A stretch of 64,000 nt of DNA from the human T2T-CHM13v2.0 reference genome, Homo sapiens. Where the stretch lies: assembly GCF_009914755.1 (NCBI RefSeq), contig NC_060934.1; one strand, 5' to 3'. Positions 40,193 through 53,200 of the stretch are shown in pieces (the first letter of the stretch is position 1; each line of letters begins with the position of its first letter). The translations under genes and the position numbers were made by a program. The notes under the pieces are model-generated. The model was not told the origin of the DNA and ran no database searches. It saw only the letters and a list, made by a program, of their open reading frames with translations.

Positions 40193-40492
40193 GGCTGGGT
40201 GCGGTAGCTCACTCCTGTAATCCTGCCACTTTGGGAGGCAGAGGTGGGCAGATCACCTGAGGTCAGGAGTTCGAGACCAGCCTGGCCAACATGGTGAACC
40301 CCATCTCCACTAAAAACACAAAAATTAGCTGCGCTTGGTGGTGGGCACCTGTAGTCCCAGGTAGTCAGGAGGCTGAGGGGCAGGAGAATCATTTGAATTC
40401 AGGAGGCAGAGGTTGCAGTGAGCCAAGATCACACCATTGCACTCTAGCCTGGGCAACAGAGCCAGACTCTGTCTCAAACAACAACAAAAAAA
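40193..40492 (+). mobile_element. AluSx-type
   Basis: 'gatcacctgaggtcaggagttcgagaccagcctggccaacatggtg'; approximate TSD A(A/C)ACAAACAGG. Confidence 0.92.
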
Positions 40493-41199
40493 GACACAAA
40501 CAGGGAAACACTGTCTTATAATACCCTCCCTCAATCTCCATTCCACTCTCACACTTAACCCAAACTTCTTCCAGATATTTTTTCCATTCTTTGTCAGTGC
40601 CACTTTCTCTCTTGTTCTTAATCTTCATATCAAGGTTTTGATGAACAATACTCAGTGCATCAGAAAGGCCATATTGTTTAGAAGGTAAACACATAGTCTT
40701 TAGAGTCCAAAAATGTGGTGGGAGTCCTAACTCTGCTATAAGGGTGACCCTGAAAAAGTTGTAAGTTTGTTATACACCCTCTAAAAACATGACAATAGAC
40801 CTACCTTTCAGGATTGCATGAGAAAAAATCTATAAAAATCACCCAGAATAGGTATAAAATATTTTGAAATTTCCTATAATAAAACAATGTTGCTGAAGAG
40901 AAACCAATTTAAAAAAAAGTAGTTGTTGAAAGTAACAATAAATTCAGATTATGGCAGATCTATTCGCTATGAGTACCCTGGATTTCTCATCTAACTTTGA
41001 CATTGATTTGTTACTCTTGATCAAGAAAATTTCTCTGTCCATTGATTGGTTAGTTCTATTTTGGGTTGTGCTACTATCTCTGAAATACAGAATAAGAAAT
41101 TTATTTATGACTGTGGCAGGTACTGGAACCTTTGCATTAAAGATGCTTTTAGATGAGAGGAGAAGTGCAAAATTGTTAGGACATCAGACGTTCACTCCA

Positions 41200-41350
41200 T
41201 AAAGATAAACAGTAGGCTCTGGTGTTTGCTAGATGTGAAATCTTGAGCAAGTTAATTAACCTCTTTAAGGCTCATCTGTAAAATGGGAATATTAGGATTG
41301 CTTCTTACTTTGTAGGACTTTTGTGTAAATTAAATGAAAAAACTCATGCA
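41200..41350 (+). mobile_element. MIR fragment
   Basis: 'tcttgagcaagttaattaacctctttaaggctcatctgtaaaatgggaata'. Confidence 0.6.
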
Positions 41351-43012
41351 AAGAAGGTGCTTTAATATATTTGGAAGCCCTCATGTTTTTTCTATGACTA
41401 TTATGGTGATAACAAAGATGATCACGATGGATGATGTCACGAAATGTCAAAAAATATTAACATATTCAGACAGCTTGGAGAATTCCTTCTTTGGTAGGGT
41501 CCGGCAATCTTGATTTTTAATTAAGGAGCTTACTTCTTCCATTGCCATGGATAACTAATCAGATTACTGATAATGATATATAGTGACTTTATTTTTCTAC
41601 TAGAAAATAATTGGATCTGTCACCTGTTAATTATAACATTAGTTAAATATTTTGGAAGGTCATTAGAGGTAAACCACTGAGAGAAATACCTACTGCATTT
41701 ATGTGGCATATTTCTGTGGATTGCAGATGGTGATGGCCTCTGCATAAAATTAGTCATTTATGACTTCAAATAGTGCCTCCATCCTCTGAGACTCCACATA
41801 AAATGAAATTTGAGCAACAAAACAGTACAAAGGACAAAGGAGATGAATGTTTGCTGTAGCTCTTTTTAAAAATAGGTAATCTTCATATTGCACAGAGGGG
41901 ACGTTATCAAACCAGGCTATTAGAGGAGATAAATATAGACTTCAGATATACACTAGAGCTTTTTCAGTGCATCTTTATGCTCCTATCTCTTCCTTTCATG
42001 TTGTTATCCAGTCCATAAGGCATGAGCTGAGCCCACATCCTCTGGACATAGTGGTGCAAACAGCGCCCTAGTGGACAGGTAAATTACAGACCAGGGATAG
42101 CCATAGCAGCACTATTTTCAGGGTGGCTAAATAACATCTAGCTAATTCATCAATTCAGAATGGCTTCTGATAGCCATTTACAAAACCTTCCAACACCCCA
42201 ATGTGTGCTCTATACCTGATTTAGCGGATAATAGAACCAGTGCTTAAGAGATTGAGTGATCTGTGGCCTAGCTCCACCTTTTTTGATACTAGCACCTAAT
42301 AAAAGAGGAAACAAACACATATAAATAATTGCAAAATTGGGTTACAAACTGTGGCATATTTTTAATATTTACATTTTTAAATTAATGTTTTAATTCAAAC
42401 AAAAATATGATTATTCAAAAGATAATTACAGGATTAATTAAAAACAATTTGTGGTGCAATTTAAATAATGTGAAGATTTTTATATCCTCTTTGGAAAAAT
42501 GTCTATTCAAATCCTTTGCTAATTTAAAATTGAGCTATTTGTCTTTCTGTAACTGAGTAGTGAAAGTTACATATATTTTCTGGATATAAGTACTTTAACA
42601 GATGCATGATTTGTAAATATTTTCTCCCATTTTGTGTGTTACCTTTTCACTTTCTTGATGGTATTCATTGAGTTCACAAGTGGTTAATTTTGATGAAGTC
42701 CAATTGATCTACTTTTTGTCATCTGTGCTTTTTGTGTCTTATCTTAGAAAACTTTGTATAACCCAAAGTATAAAAGATTTATCCCTATGCTGTCTTCTAA
42801 GTGCTATATAGCTTTTACAGTTACATTTACATATTTGATCTATGTTGAGATAAATTTTATATATGGTTTGAGGTAGGATACGAATTCATTGTTTAGCTTG
42901 TGAATAGCATGTTGTTGCAGCAAAATCTATCGAAAAAAAACATTCTTTCCCTATGTGCCTTGGTACCCAGGTGAAATATCAACTGACCAGGTATATAAAG
43001 ATTTATTTCTGC

Positions 43013-43310
43013 TTTTTTTTTCATTCTTGAGACATGGTATTGCTCTGTTGCCCAGGCTGGTGTGCAGTGGCACAATCACAGCTCACTGCAGCCTTGACCT
43101 TCTAGCTCAAGCGATCCTCTCACATCAAACTCTGGAGTAGTAACTGGAGTTAGCACACCCCACTATATCCAGCTTCTTTTTTAATTTTTAGGAGGGATGA
43201 GGTCTCGCTATGTTGCCCAGGCTAGCTTCAAATTCCTGAGCTCCAGTGATCCTCTTGCCTCAGCCTCCAAAACTGCTAGGACTACAGGCATGAGACACTG
43301 CACCCATCCA
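43013..43310 (-). mobile_element. AluJ-type
   Basis: 'cacaatcacagctcactgcagccttgacc...ggtctcgctatgttgcccagg'. Confidence 0.85.
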
Positions 43311-44853
43311 TAAGGGTTTATTTCTGGACTTTCAAATCTATTCCTTTAATTTGCATGCCTACCTTCTATCAGCAGCACACTGTCTTTATTGCCATAGATG
43401 GGTAATAAGTTTCAAGTTAGGAAGTATGAGTTCTTCAACTTTTTTCTTCTGTTTAAAGGTTGTTTTGTTTTTTCTAGGACCCTTGCATTTTTGTATGACT
43501 TTTAGGATCAGCTCATCAATTTCTTAAAAAAAGGAATCTGGGAATTTGATAGACAGTGTGTTGAATCTGTAGATCAATTGGGGAAGTATTTCCATTTAAA
43601 GAAAGTAAAATATTCTTCCATTTACTTAGATCATCTGTAATTTCTTTCAACATTATTTTGAAAGTTTTAACGTACTTCTTAAACTTATTACTGAGAAATA
43701 AGTTTGATATTATTATAAATGGAATTATTTTCTTAATTTCATTATCAGATTGCCCATTGACAGCGTATGGAAATAGAATTGATTTTTGGAAATCTATCTT
43801 GCATCCTGCAACCTTACTGAACTCTTTTACTACTTCTAATAGTGTGTATGTATACAGTAAACTTTAGAACTCTCTATATACAAGATCATAGGGTTTGTAA
43901 ATAGAAAACACTTTCTATCTCCTTTCTAATGTGGATGTCTTTTATTTCTTTTTCTTGTGTAAATGCACAAGAAAACTCCCGCAGTACAATGTTGAATAGA
44001 TGTAGTGGATGTTTTTCTCTTCTCTTATATTGATCTTAGGAGGAAAACATTTAGTCATTCACTATTACATATTATGTTATCTGTTTGTTTACATAGATGT
44101 CCTATATCTGGTTGAGAAAGATCACTTCTATTTCTAATTTGATGAGTGTTTATTTTTCTAAAATAGTGTTTTGTTTTGTCAAATTATTTTCTTGCATCTA
44201 TTCAGATGATCATGTGGGTTTTTTCTGTTAGTATGGTGTATTACTTTGATTTTTGGATGTTAAACTTGCATTTCTGAAATAAATCCCACTTGATGTTTTA
44301 TGTCTCTTTTTTTTGATGTGCTGGATTTAGTTTCTTGGAACTGTTGAGGACATTTGTGTCTATATTTGTAAACAATATTAAACTGTTAGGGTTTTTTTTG
44401 AAAGTGTATTCACAAACCATTCCTGACTTTAGTATTTTGAGTTTTCTCTATTTTTTTCTTTTCTTATTCATTTCAGCTAAACGTTTGTCAATGGTGTTAA
44501 TCATTTCATAGAACCAAATTTGGTTTCAGTGACTTTATTGATTTACTATTCTGCATTTTATTAATCTATGCTGTAATCAACATTATTTTATTCTTTCTAC
44601 TTCTTTGGGGTTTATTTCATTCTTATTATTCTGGTTCACTAAAGCAGAAGATTAGGCTCTTGATTTCAGTAATTTCTTTTTTTTTTGAACTAAAGACATT
44701 TACAGCTATTAAGTTTTCTTTAAACACTAATGTAATTATGTTCCATACAATTTTTTATTTTTTGTTTTCATTGTCTTTCATCTCAAATTGTTTTCTATTT
44801 CTCTGGTAATTTTTTAATTTAACCCATTAGTTATTTATTACTCTGTTGTTTAA

Positions 44854-45225
<372 letters not shown>

Positions 45226-45684
45226 TGTTATTCATTTTTAATTGAATTCTATTGCTGTTAGAAAACATATCTTGTATGATTTTAATCATTTTAAATTTAT
45301 TGAAGGTTATTTTATTCCCTAACATAATTGTGCTTGCCCCACCCCTTCTCAGGCTTGGCATAGCCTTAAATACTACAATCCACCTGCTCAGTATGGGACC
45401 CTGAACCTAATTCTGGAGGAAGCAGAGCAGAAATTATTCTCAAATATTCATGTCTGTTTGTCTTACCCTGTCTGATGATTATCTGAAGGACATGACTTTG
45501 TTTCAGCTAGCTTGGAACTCACTCTGAATGGAAAAGCTGCAGGCTTTTTTCAAAAACTTTTCTAAGGCAAATATACAACATACAGTCACTAGAAGATAAG
45601 GTTTACAATACAGGTAAACAACAGGGTGCCTAAGCCCAGGACGAAATATTGAGACTTTCTTTTGAAAATTAGGGTGTTCAAAAG

Positions 45685-46020
45685 TATCTGTGCCTCGCTT
45701 ATTTCACTTAACATATTATCCTCCAGGTCCATCCACTTTGTGTGGCAAATGACAGAATTTTTTTTAATGGCTGAGTAATATTTTATTCCATAATGTGACA
45801 AAAATATACCACATTTTTGCACAGTAGGATGACTTCAGTTAACACTACTGTATATTTCTGAAAAGAGGATTTGGAATGTTCTTACCATAAAGAAATGATA
45901 AATGTTTGAGGTGACAGATATGCTAAATATCCTGATTTGCTCATTACACAATATGTACATGTATTTGAAACATCACACCATAGACATAAACAATATGTGC
46001 CAATTAAAAATAAAATAAAG
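45685..46020 (+). mobile_element. Short L1MA 3' end with inverted 5' part
   Basis: Antisense L1 at 45685-45817 joined to a sense L1MA 3'UTR ('gaaatgataaatgtttgaggtgacagatatgctaaatatcctgattt') with an A-rich tail. Confidence 0.7.
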
Positions 46021-46029
46021 CTAAAACAT

Positions 46030-48105
46030 TGTATATACTGTGAAATTTAGAAAATCACACACATGCCCCAGACAGGGCCCATGCTCAAGGCCTGATAAGA
46101 CCCTAAACTTTCACCTCTGGCTAATCTGTAATCACAATGCAAGCAGAAAGTGAAAGGTAAGGAAGAGTTGTAAACATCATAGATAGTGACAGAGTACCCC
46201 AGAGCAGAGTCAATCTGTAAAGACTGAGAGAGGTGGTTTTCTTCCTTCTTTTATTTTCTTCTTTCTATCCCTCTTCTTTTTCATTTTTCCATTTTTTTTG
46301 GTGGGGGATGTGGCTGGGGTGCTCCTGACATTCAAGGAAATCTTTGTCAACAAACTAGCTGAACAGAAGCTTAAAGAAAAGATTTCAGAGATTACCACTA
46401 CAGGAAATACAGATTTTACAAAACTATCTTAGAAAAGTCACTGAACAAACAAGCAGCTACAGCCTGCAGCAAACAACAAAAATAAATCCCGAGGAAGGGA
46501 AAGAACAGAATCTGATATCCAAAGTTACTATATCATAATATTCAAAATATTCAGTTCAAACAAAAAAAAAAACTATAAAAAGAAGCAAGAAAATATAATC
46601 CATCCACAGAATAAATTAATAGAAGTTGTCCGTGGGGAAGCACAGGTATTGTACTTACTAATAAAGACTTTAAGTGTCCTAAATATTCTCAAAGAGCTGA
46701 GGAGACCATGAAAAAAAGAGTAAAAGAAATCCAGGAGAATAATGTATTAATAAATAGAGAATATAAATAGAGACTAAAACTATAAAAAAGGAACCAAACA
46801 AAAATTCTGGAGTTGAAAATGCAATAATTCCCATGATAAACTCATTAGAGGATTATAATAGCAGATTTGAGCAGGTAGAAGAAAGAATCAGTATATTTCA
46901 GAATAGCTGATTAGAAGCTAGGTCAATTAAAATTCTCCAATTTGAGGAAAGAAAGAAGAAAAATGAGAAAAATTAATACAGCCTAAGAGATCTGTAAGAG
47001 AGTATCAAGTGTAGCAACATCTATATAATGAGAATTCTAAGACAGAAAAGAGAGAAAGGGGCAGAAGTAATATTTCAAGAAATGTGACCTAAAACTTTTT
47101 TAATTTGATGAGACTTAAATCTATACATTCATGATGAATAAACCCCAAAGAAGGATAAACACAAAGAGGTATGTACCCAGACATATTACAGTCAATGTAT
47201 TGAAAGATAAAAAGAATATTGGAAGTACAGATTCATCAAGTACAATGAGTTCTCAATGAAAGTAATAGCAAATTCTCAGAAAACCATGGAGGCCAAAAAA
47301 GAGTGATGAAAGAAAATTTTAAAAAAAACAGCTATCAACCAAGAAATACATATCCATCAAAACTACTCTTCAATAATAAAGAAGAAATGAAGACATTACC
47401 AGATAGAGAGAAGCTGAGAGACTTGATGCTAACAAATCTGCCCTACAAGACATGCTAAAATTAGTCCCTCGGGATGAAATAAAGGACACTAAAAGTAACT
47501 CAAAGGCACATATAAAGAACTTCAGTAAAGGTAACTAAACAGATTAAAATAAAAGCCACTATTATTGTAATTTTGTTGGTAACTCCTCTTATTTCCTGTA
47601 TGACTTAAAAGACAAAAACATAAAAGAATTATAAATATAAATTAATGGAAAATTTGTAAATGTATAATTTTTGAGAATAACAATGTAAGAGGGGAAACTA
47701 GGTATATAGGAACAAAGTTTTCTAGGTTTTTTTGGTACAAATTCAAAATAGATTGTTATAAATTTTAGATGTTAAATTGTAATTCACATGGTAACCACTA
47801 AAAAATATCTAAAAACATACACAAAGGGAAATTAAAAGGAAATCAAAAAAGTACACAATAAAAATTCAATTTAATACAAAAGAAGGAAAAGAGGGCAGTA
47901 ATGGAGGAAATGAAGAACAAAAAAAAGGTATATGACATATAGAAAAGAAATAGCAAAATCACTCTTCCTTATCAGTATTTCAAATGTAAATGCATCAAAC
48001 TTTCAAATCAAAGACAGAGATTTCCTAAAGAACTTGAAAAAAAAATGAACAAAACATGATTCTGCTGTATGTTGTCTACAAAGATTCACACTGGATACCA
48101 AAGAA
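46030..48105 (+). mobile_element. Old L1M 5' region, ORF1 and start of ORF2
   Basis: Degenerate ORF1 ('gcagatttgagcaggtagaagaaagaatcagt', 'aaccatggaggcc') and EN start ('tatgttgtctacaaagattcac'). Confidence 0.8.
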
Positions 48106-48124
48106 GTCTTCAGATGATTAGAAG

Positions 48125-48812
48125 CGTTTTTCAAATATTATCTTCTAGAATTTTTATGATTTCAGTCTTAGAGTTAAGTCTTTGATCCATCTTGAGTTGA
48201 TTTTTGTCTAAGGTGAGAGATGAGGATCCAGTTTCATTCTTCTATGTGTGGCTTGCCAATTATCCCAGCAACATTTCATGAATAGGGTGTCCTTATCTTA
48301 CTTTGTGTTTTTGTTTGCTTTGTTGAACATCAGTTGACTGTAAGTATTTGGCTTATTTCTGGGTTCTCTATTCTGTTCCATTGGTCTATATGCCTGTTTT
48401 TATATGAGTGCCATGCTGTTTTGGTGACTATGGCCTTATAGCATAGTTTGAAGTCGGGTAATGTAATGCCTCCAGATTTGTTCTTTTTGCTTAGTTTTGT
48501 CTTGGCTATGTGGGCTTTCTTGTTTCCATATAAATTTAGGATTGTTTTTCCCAGTTCTGCAAAGAATGATGGTGGTATTTTGATAAGAATTGCATTGAAT
48601 TTGTAGATTGCTTTTGGCAGTATGGTCATTTTCACAATATTGACTCTACCCATCCATGAGCATGGGATGTTTCCATTTGTTTGTGTCATCTGTAATTTCT
48701 TTCAGCAATGCTTTGCAGTTTTCCTTATAGAGGTCTTTTACCTCCTTGGTTAAGTATATTCCTAACTATTTTTGTTTGTTTGTTTTGCAGCTATTCTAAA
48801 CTGGGTTGAATT
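48125..48812 (-). mobile_element. L1P (L1PB/older L1PA) ORF2 fragment, antisense
   Basis: ORF 48330-48689 translates to L1 ORF2 '[26 protein letters not shown]...GITLPDFKL'. Confidence 0.88.
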
Positions 48813-51746
48813 CAAGATCAGGAGAGAGTTTGTCTCTAGAACTCTGAGCCTTCTGTCTAGTATGGTCAGAGAGTAGACAGATCTTTCCACTTCAACAACG
48901 ATTGAACTCTTAAAGGTCTGCGGTGCTCCATCTCCATTGATGGCCCCAGCTCAGTAACTGCCTGGTATGTTTCCTGTGTGAAATCAGTTCTTGTAAGCAG
49001 AGCATTCTGAATAAAGTTGGAAAAAGAAAAGCTTTGCTTTGCAAAGACTGATGACAGACTGGTCCCCCACAGACCTAGGCTATCCTTCACCCCTTTTTTT
49101 CCAGAGACAGGGCCTAGAATGAAGGCAGTTTTTTCTATGTCACTGAAGCCTGGAGATTTGCTTTGGCTCCTTGAGGTGGAAGAGGCTAAGTGGGCAGCTG
49201 CCACAGCAGCTCTGTGTGTTCATCCTGGCTCTTCTCAGGCTTCCTGATCCCTTTCATTGTACCATGTCTTATCTCTCAGCCAACCAAATGGCCTCCCCAC
49301 TCCTGACCAGCAGATAAGTTTTGGAGTGGTTGGCATGGTTTTGCAATTAGGGCAGCTCATGGTGACCAAGGCAGCAAGTCAGGTTTCACAGGCTGACTCC
49401 ACCTTTCGTTCCCTACGGGAATGGCAGGCCAGGCCCGGCAAGCCATGTCCCACTATGTCCTCCCCTCGGGAGGAAAGGCCAGCTGCCAGTTAAGTCAGCA
49501 ACTAGTCCATAGCACAGCCTTGTAAGTGTGTGAAGCCAGGAATTGCCTGTAAGCAGAGCTGGAACCAGAGCTTCAGTTAGTAAGAGGAAGGATTACCTTC
49601 AGGAGTAGTCAAGGAAGAAGACTGGCTGCTGTCTTTACAGTTCCACTGCCCTAACCAAGTGTCCACAGTCTAAATGTATAGTGTCCATCCCTCACGTAAT
49701 AGAGGTTTCCGGCCCAAAGTGAGACTACCCCTTCAATTAGAAAAGGGTATAGGGATAGTCCATGTGGGAAGGCCAGAAGTGCCAGTTGCTCAACCATTGG
49801 GAACACCTGCTCTTGCCCCACTACCTTCTAGAGAGGACCAAAGGAAAGGTCTGTGGATTGAGGATGTGGCAGGAACTGGTCCTTTCACCCACCTCTGGTC
49901 AAAACGAGGCTCTGCCTGATGTGTGCCTGTCACCATCCACCAGCAGCTATGTCCTAGCCTTCCCAGATGGAGAAGTGGTGGCCCAAATTTTAAAACAAAA
50001 GAAAACATGAAGGTGTATTGTTTTTGGGGGGAGGTGAAAGGGGAGATAAGAAAATGGTTTGGTAAAAGTGTTCCTATTTCTCTGCATCCTCTCCAGCACC
50101 TGTTGTTTCCTGACTTTTTAATGATTGCCATTCTAACTGGTGTGAGATGATATCTCATAGTGGTTTTGATTTGCATTTCTCTGATGGCCAGTGATGACGA
50201 GCATTTCTTCATGTGTTTTTTGGCTGCATAAATGTCTTCTTTTGAGAAGTGTCTGTTCATGTCCTTCGCCCACTTTTTGATGGGGTTGTTTGTTTTTTTC
50301 TTGTAAATTTGTTTGAGTTCATTGTAGATTCTGGATATTAGCCCTTTGTACTGTTGGTGGGACTGTAAACTAGTTCAACCATTGTGGAAGTCAGTGTGGC
50401 GATTCCTCAGGGATCTAGAACTAGAAATACCATTTGACCCAGCCATCCCATTACTGGGTATATACCCAAACGAGTATAAATCATGCTGCTATAAAGACAC
50501 ATGCACACGTATGTTTATTGCGGCACTATTCACAATAGCAAAGACTTGGAACCAACCCAAATGTCCAACAATGATAGACTGGATTAAGAAAATGTGGCAC
50601 ATATACACCATGGAATACTATGCAGCCATAAAAAATGATGAGTTCATATCCTTTGTAGGGACATGGATGAAATTGGAAACCATCATTCTCAGTAAACTAT
50701 CGCAAGAACAAAAAACCAAACACCGCATATTCTCACTCATAGGTGGGAATTGAACAATGAGATCACATGGACACAGGAAGGGGAATATCACACTCTGGGG
50801 ACTGTGGTGGGGTCGGGGGAGGGGGGAGGGATAGCATTGGGAGATATACCTAATGCTAGATGACACATTAGTGGGTGCAGCGCACCAGCATGGCACATGT
50901 ATACATATGTAACTAACCTGCACAATGTGCACATGTACCCTAAAACTTAGAGTATAATAAAAAAAAAAAAGAAAGAAAATGGTTTGGATTTTGTGTGTTG
51001 TTATTTTTTGGGGATAGTTGTCTGTAAGTTTCCTTAAGTGCTTTTATTTCCCTATCCTGTCTTGTCTTTTCTTTTTTTTTTTTTTTTTTAAGTAAGTTGC
51101 AGGCTTTGGCTAGGAAAAACCCAGGGAGTTGGGGGCAAAAACCTGAGGCTGCTGTCCCTTTATCTGCCTTAACGGTAGTGTCCCCTTCCCTCAATTTCTC
51201 CCTGACCACATAGGTTGGGCCTCAGGCCTTCCAGCTAACTGCTTCCCATAAGGCTCTGCTATGATGTCAACCTATAACCAAAGGAGCTGGGTGTCCAGGC
51301 CTGGTGACCAACTCTTCTCCGCCCACTCAATGAAGGTGCTCCCCACCAGCAGGCAGGAGGCAATGCCCTATCTGCTACCAACAGCCCCTTCCAGAGCCCA
51401 CCTGTCCCAACCAGCCTTGCCCTGCCATTCCCTGCTCTGCCCATCTTGGGGTACCCTACTCAGGGTTGGGCTGGCAGGGCTGCACCAAGCCTCTCTCATA
51501 AGCAGAAACTCAAGAAACCTCTGGGGTCCTACTTTCTGGTCATGTGATCCCAGGGGTACACATGGGCCATCTGGGTGCCTGAACAGAAAAGCATGGAAGG
51601 GAGAGTCGCACCTCTGCTGTCTTGCTTTGCTGGTTTAGCGGGCAGTTGCCCGCCCCCACCCCACACTGCACCTTGGGCTCCTGAGTCAGCAGATTAAGCA
51701 TTTTATAAATTGTATTTTAAATATATGTTTTAAACTTGTCAAAAAA
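48813..51746 (+). pseudogene. Probable processed-mRNA (3'UTR) retrocopy, ~2 kb, split by L1HS
   Basis: Non-TE sequence, visibly more GC-rich than the flanking L1. No convincing ORF; U-rich tracts; variant polyA signal TATAAA at 51704-51709 followed by an A-run at 51741-51746. Parent gene not established. Confidence 0.6.
50063..50972 (+). mobile_element. L1HS-Ta, 5'-truncated and 5'-inverted (910 bp)
   Basis: Ta diagnostics ACA at 50865-50867 and G at 50950. Perfect 15-bp TSD AAGAAAATGGTTTGG (50048-50062 / 50973-50987). Inverted part 50063-50349. Confidence 0.96.
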
Positions 51747-52590
51747 GAACCTGCAAAAAATGAACAAACAAACCCTACCAGAGTTAATAAACAAGTTCAG
51801 CAAAGTTCCAGGGTGCAAGATCAGCACACAGAAATCAGCTGTGTTTCCATAGATGAACAATAAACAATCCAAAAAGGAAATATTAAAAATTCCACTTGCA
51901 ATAGCATCTGAAGAACAAAATACCCTCTAAGAATAAAGTTAATAAAGGGACTAAAAGACTTGTACACTGAAAACTACAAAATATTGCTGAAAGAAATTAA
52001 AGGAGACCAAACTAAATGAATGAAAATGTATCCCATACTCATGAATTGGAAAACTTAATATTCTTAAGTTGTCTATTCATTTTTTGATGATGTCTTTTGA
52101 TGCACAAAAGTTTTAAATTTTTATGAAGTTCAATTTAGTTTGTCTTCTGTTGTTTATAATTTTGATGTCATATCTAAGAATTCATTGGCAAACATAAGGT
52201 CATGAAGAGGTGGAGTAATCATTCAATTGAATATTATTCACCCATAAAAAATGAAACACTGATATGTCCTACTGCATCCTCAAAAACATTATGCTATGTG
52301 AAAGAAGCCACGTACAAAGATCAAATATTCTATGTTTACATTCATATGAAATATTCAGAATAACAGAACTCATATTAATAGAGAGCAGAATTGTGGTTGC
52401 CATGGGCTGGGAAGATGGGGGAATAAAGATAACTGCTTAATGAGTACTGGGTTTCATTTAAGATGAGGAAAATATTTTGGGATTTAAAAGAGGTGGTTGC
52501 ACAGCATTCTGAATGTAATAAATGATCCTGAGTTTTACACTTTACAATGGTTGATTTTACCTTCTATAAAATTTAACCTCATTTATTAAA
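51747..52590 (+). mobile_element. Old L1M ORF2 RT-region fragment and L1MB-type 3' end (short antisense piece at ~52070-52205)
   Basis: 'gagttaataaacaagttcagcaaagttccagggtgcaagatcagcacacagaaatc' and 'aaaacattatgctatgtgaaagaagcca...gtggttgccatgggctggg'. Confidence 0.75.
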
Positions 52591-52594
52591 AGAA

Positions 52595-53200
52595 GTTAGG
52601 TATTGAAGCTGAACTCTCCAACTATTATTGCTATATCACTGATTTCTTCTTTCGATTCTGTCAGTATACCTTCATGTATTCTGGTGCCCAGCTGTTAGGC
52701 ATATATATATGATTGCTATATTTTCCTGAAGGAATTAATGTACCATTGTAAAATTTTATTTTGTCACCTTTGTAACATTAATAACAGCATTTGTCTTAAA
52801 GTCAATTTTGTCTTATGTTAGTATAGCTACTCCACACTTTTTAAAAAATTTTTGCATGGCATAAGTTTTTCCATCCATTTAATTTTAATCTAGTTGTGTC
52901 TTTAAATCTAAAATGGGTGTCTTATACCCCAGTATGGTTGAATCACATTTTTTTTCATTCTTTCACTCTGTCTTTATGGGTATTTAGTCTATTTATATTA
53001 AATGAAGAATTTCTATTTGACATCTTCTATTTGTTTCCTTTATGCTGTACGATTCTTGTTTGGTTGTGTTTTTTTGTGTGTTTTTCAGCTATTGCTGCCC
53101 TCTTTTGTGTTCAATAGCTATTTTCTAGTCTAACATTTTAATTGCTTGTTGTTTACTTTACTATATGTTTTGGTCACTTTCATAATGGTTGCCCTGGGGT
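52595..53200 (-). mobile_element. Old L1M antisense fragment (EN region)
   Basis: 'ctccaactattattg...ttgtcttaaagtcaattttgtcttatgttagtatagctactcca'; plausibly continues the 42470-45330 element. Confidence 0.7.

Noticed and set aside
49790-50260. 156-aa minus-strand chimeric ORF (L1 ORF2 C-terminal piece plus antisense retrocopy)
   Set aside because: A by-product of the L1HS inversion, with no promoter or other support.
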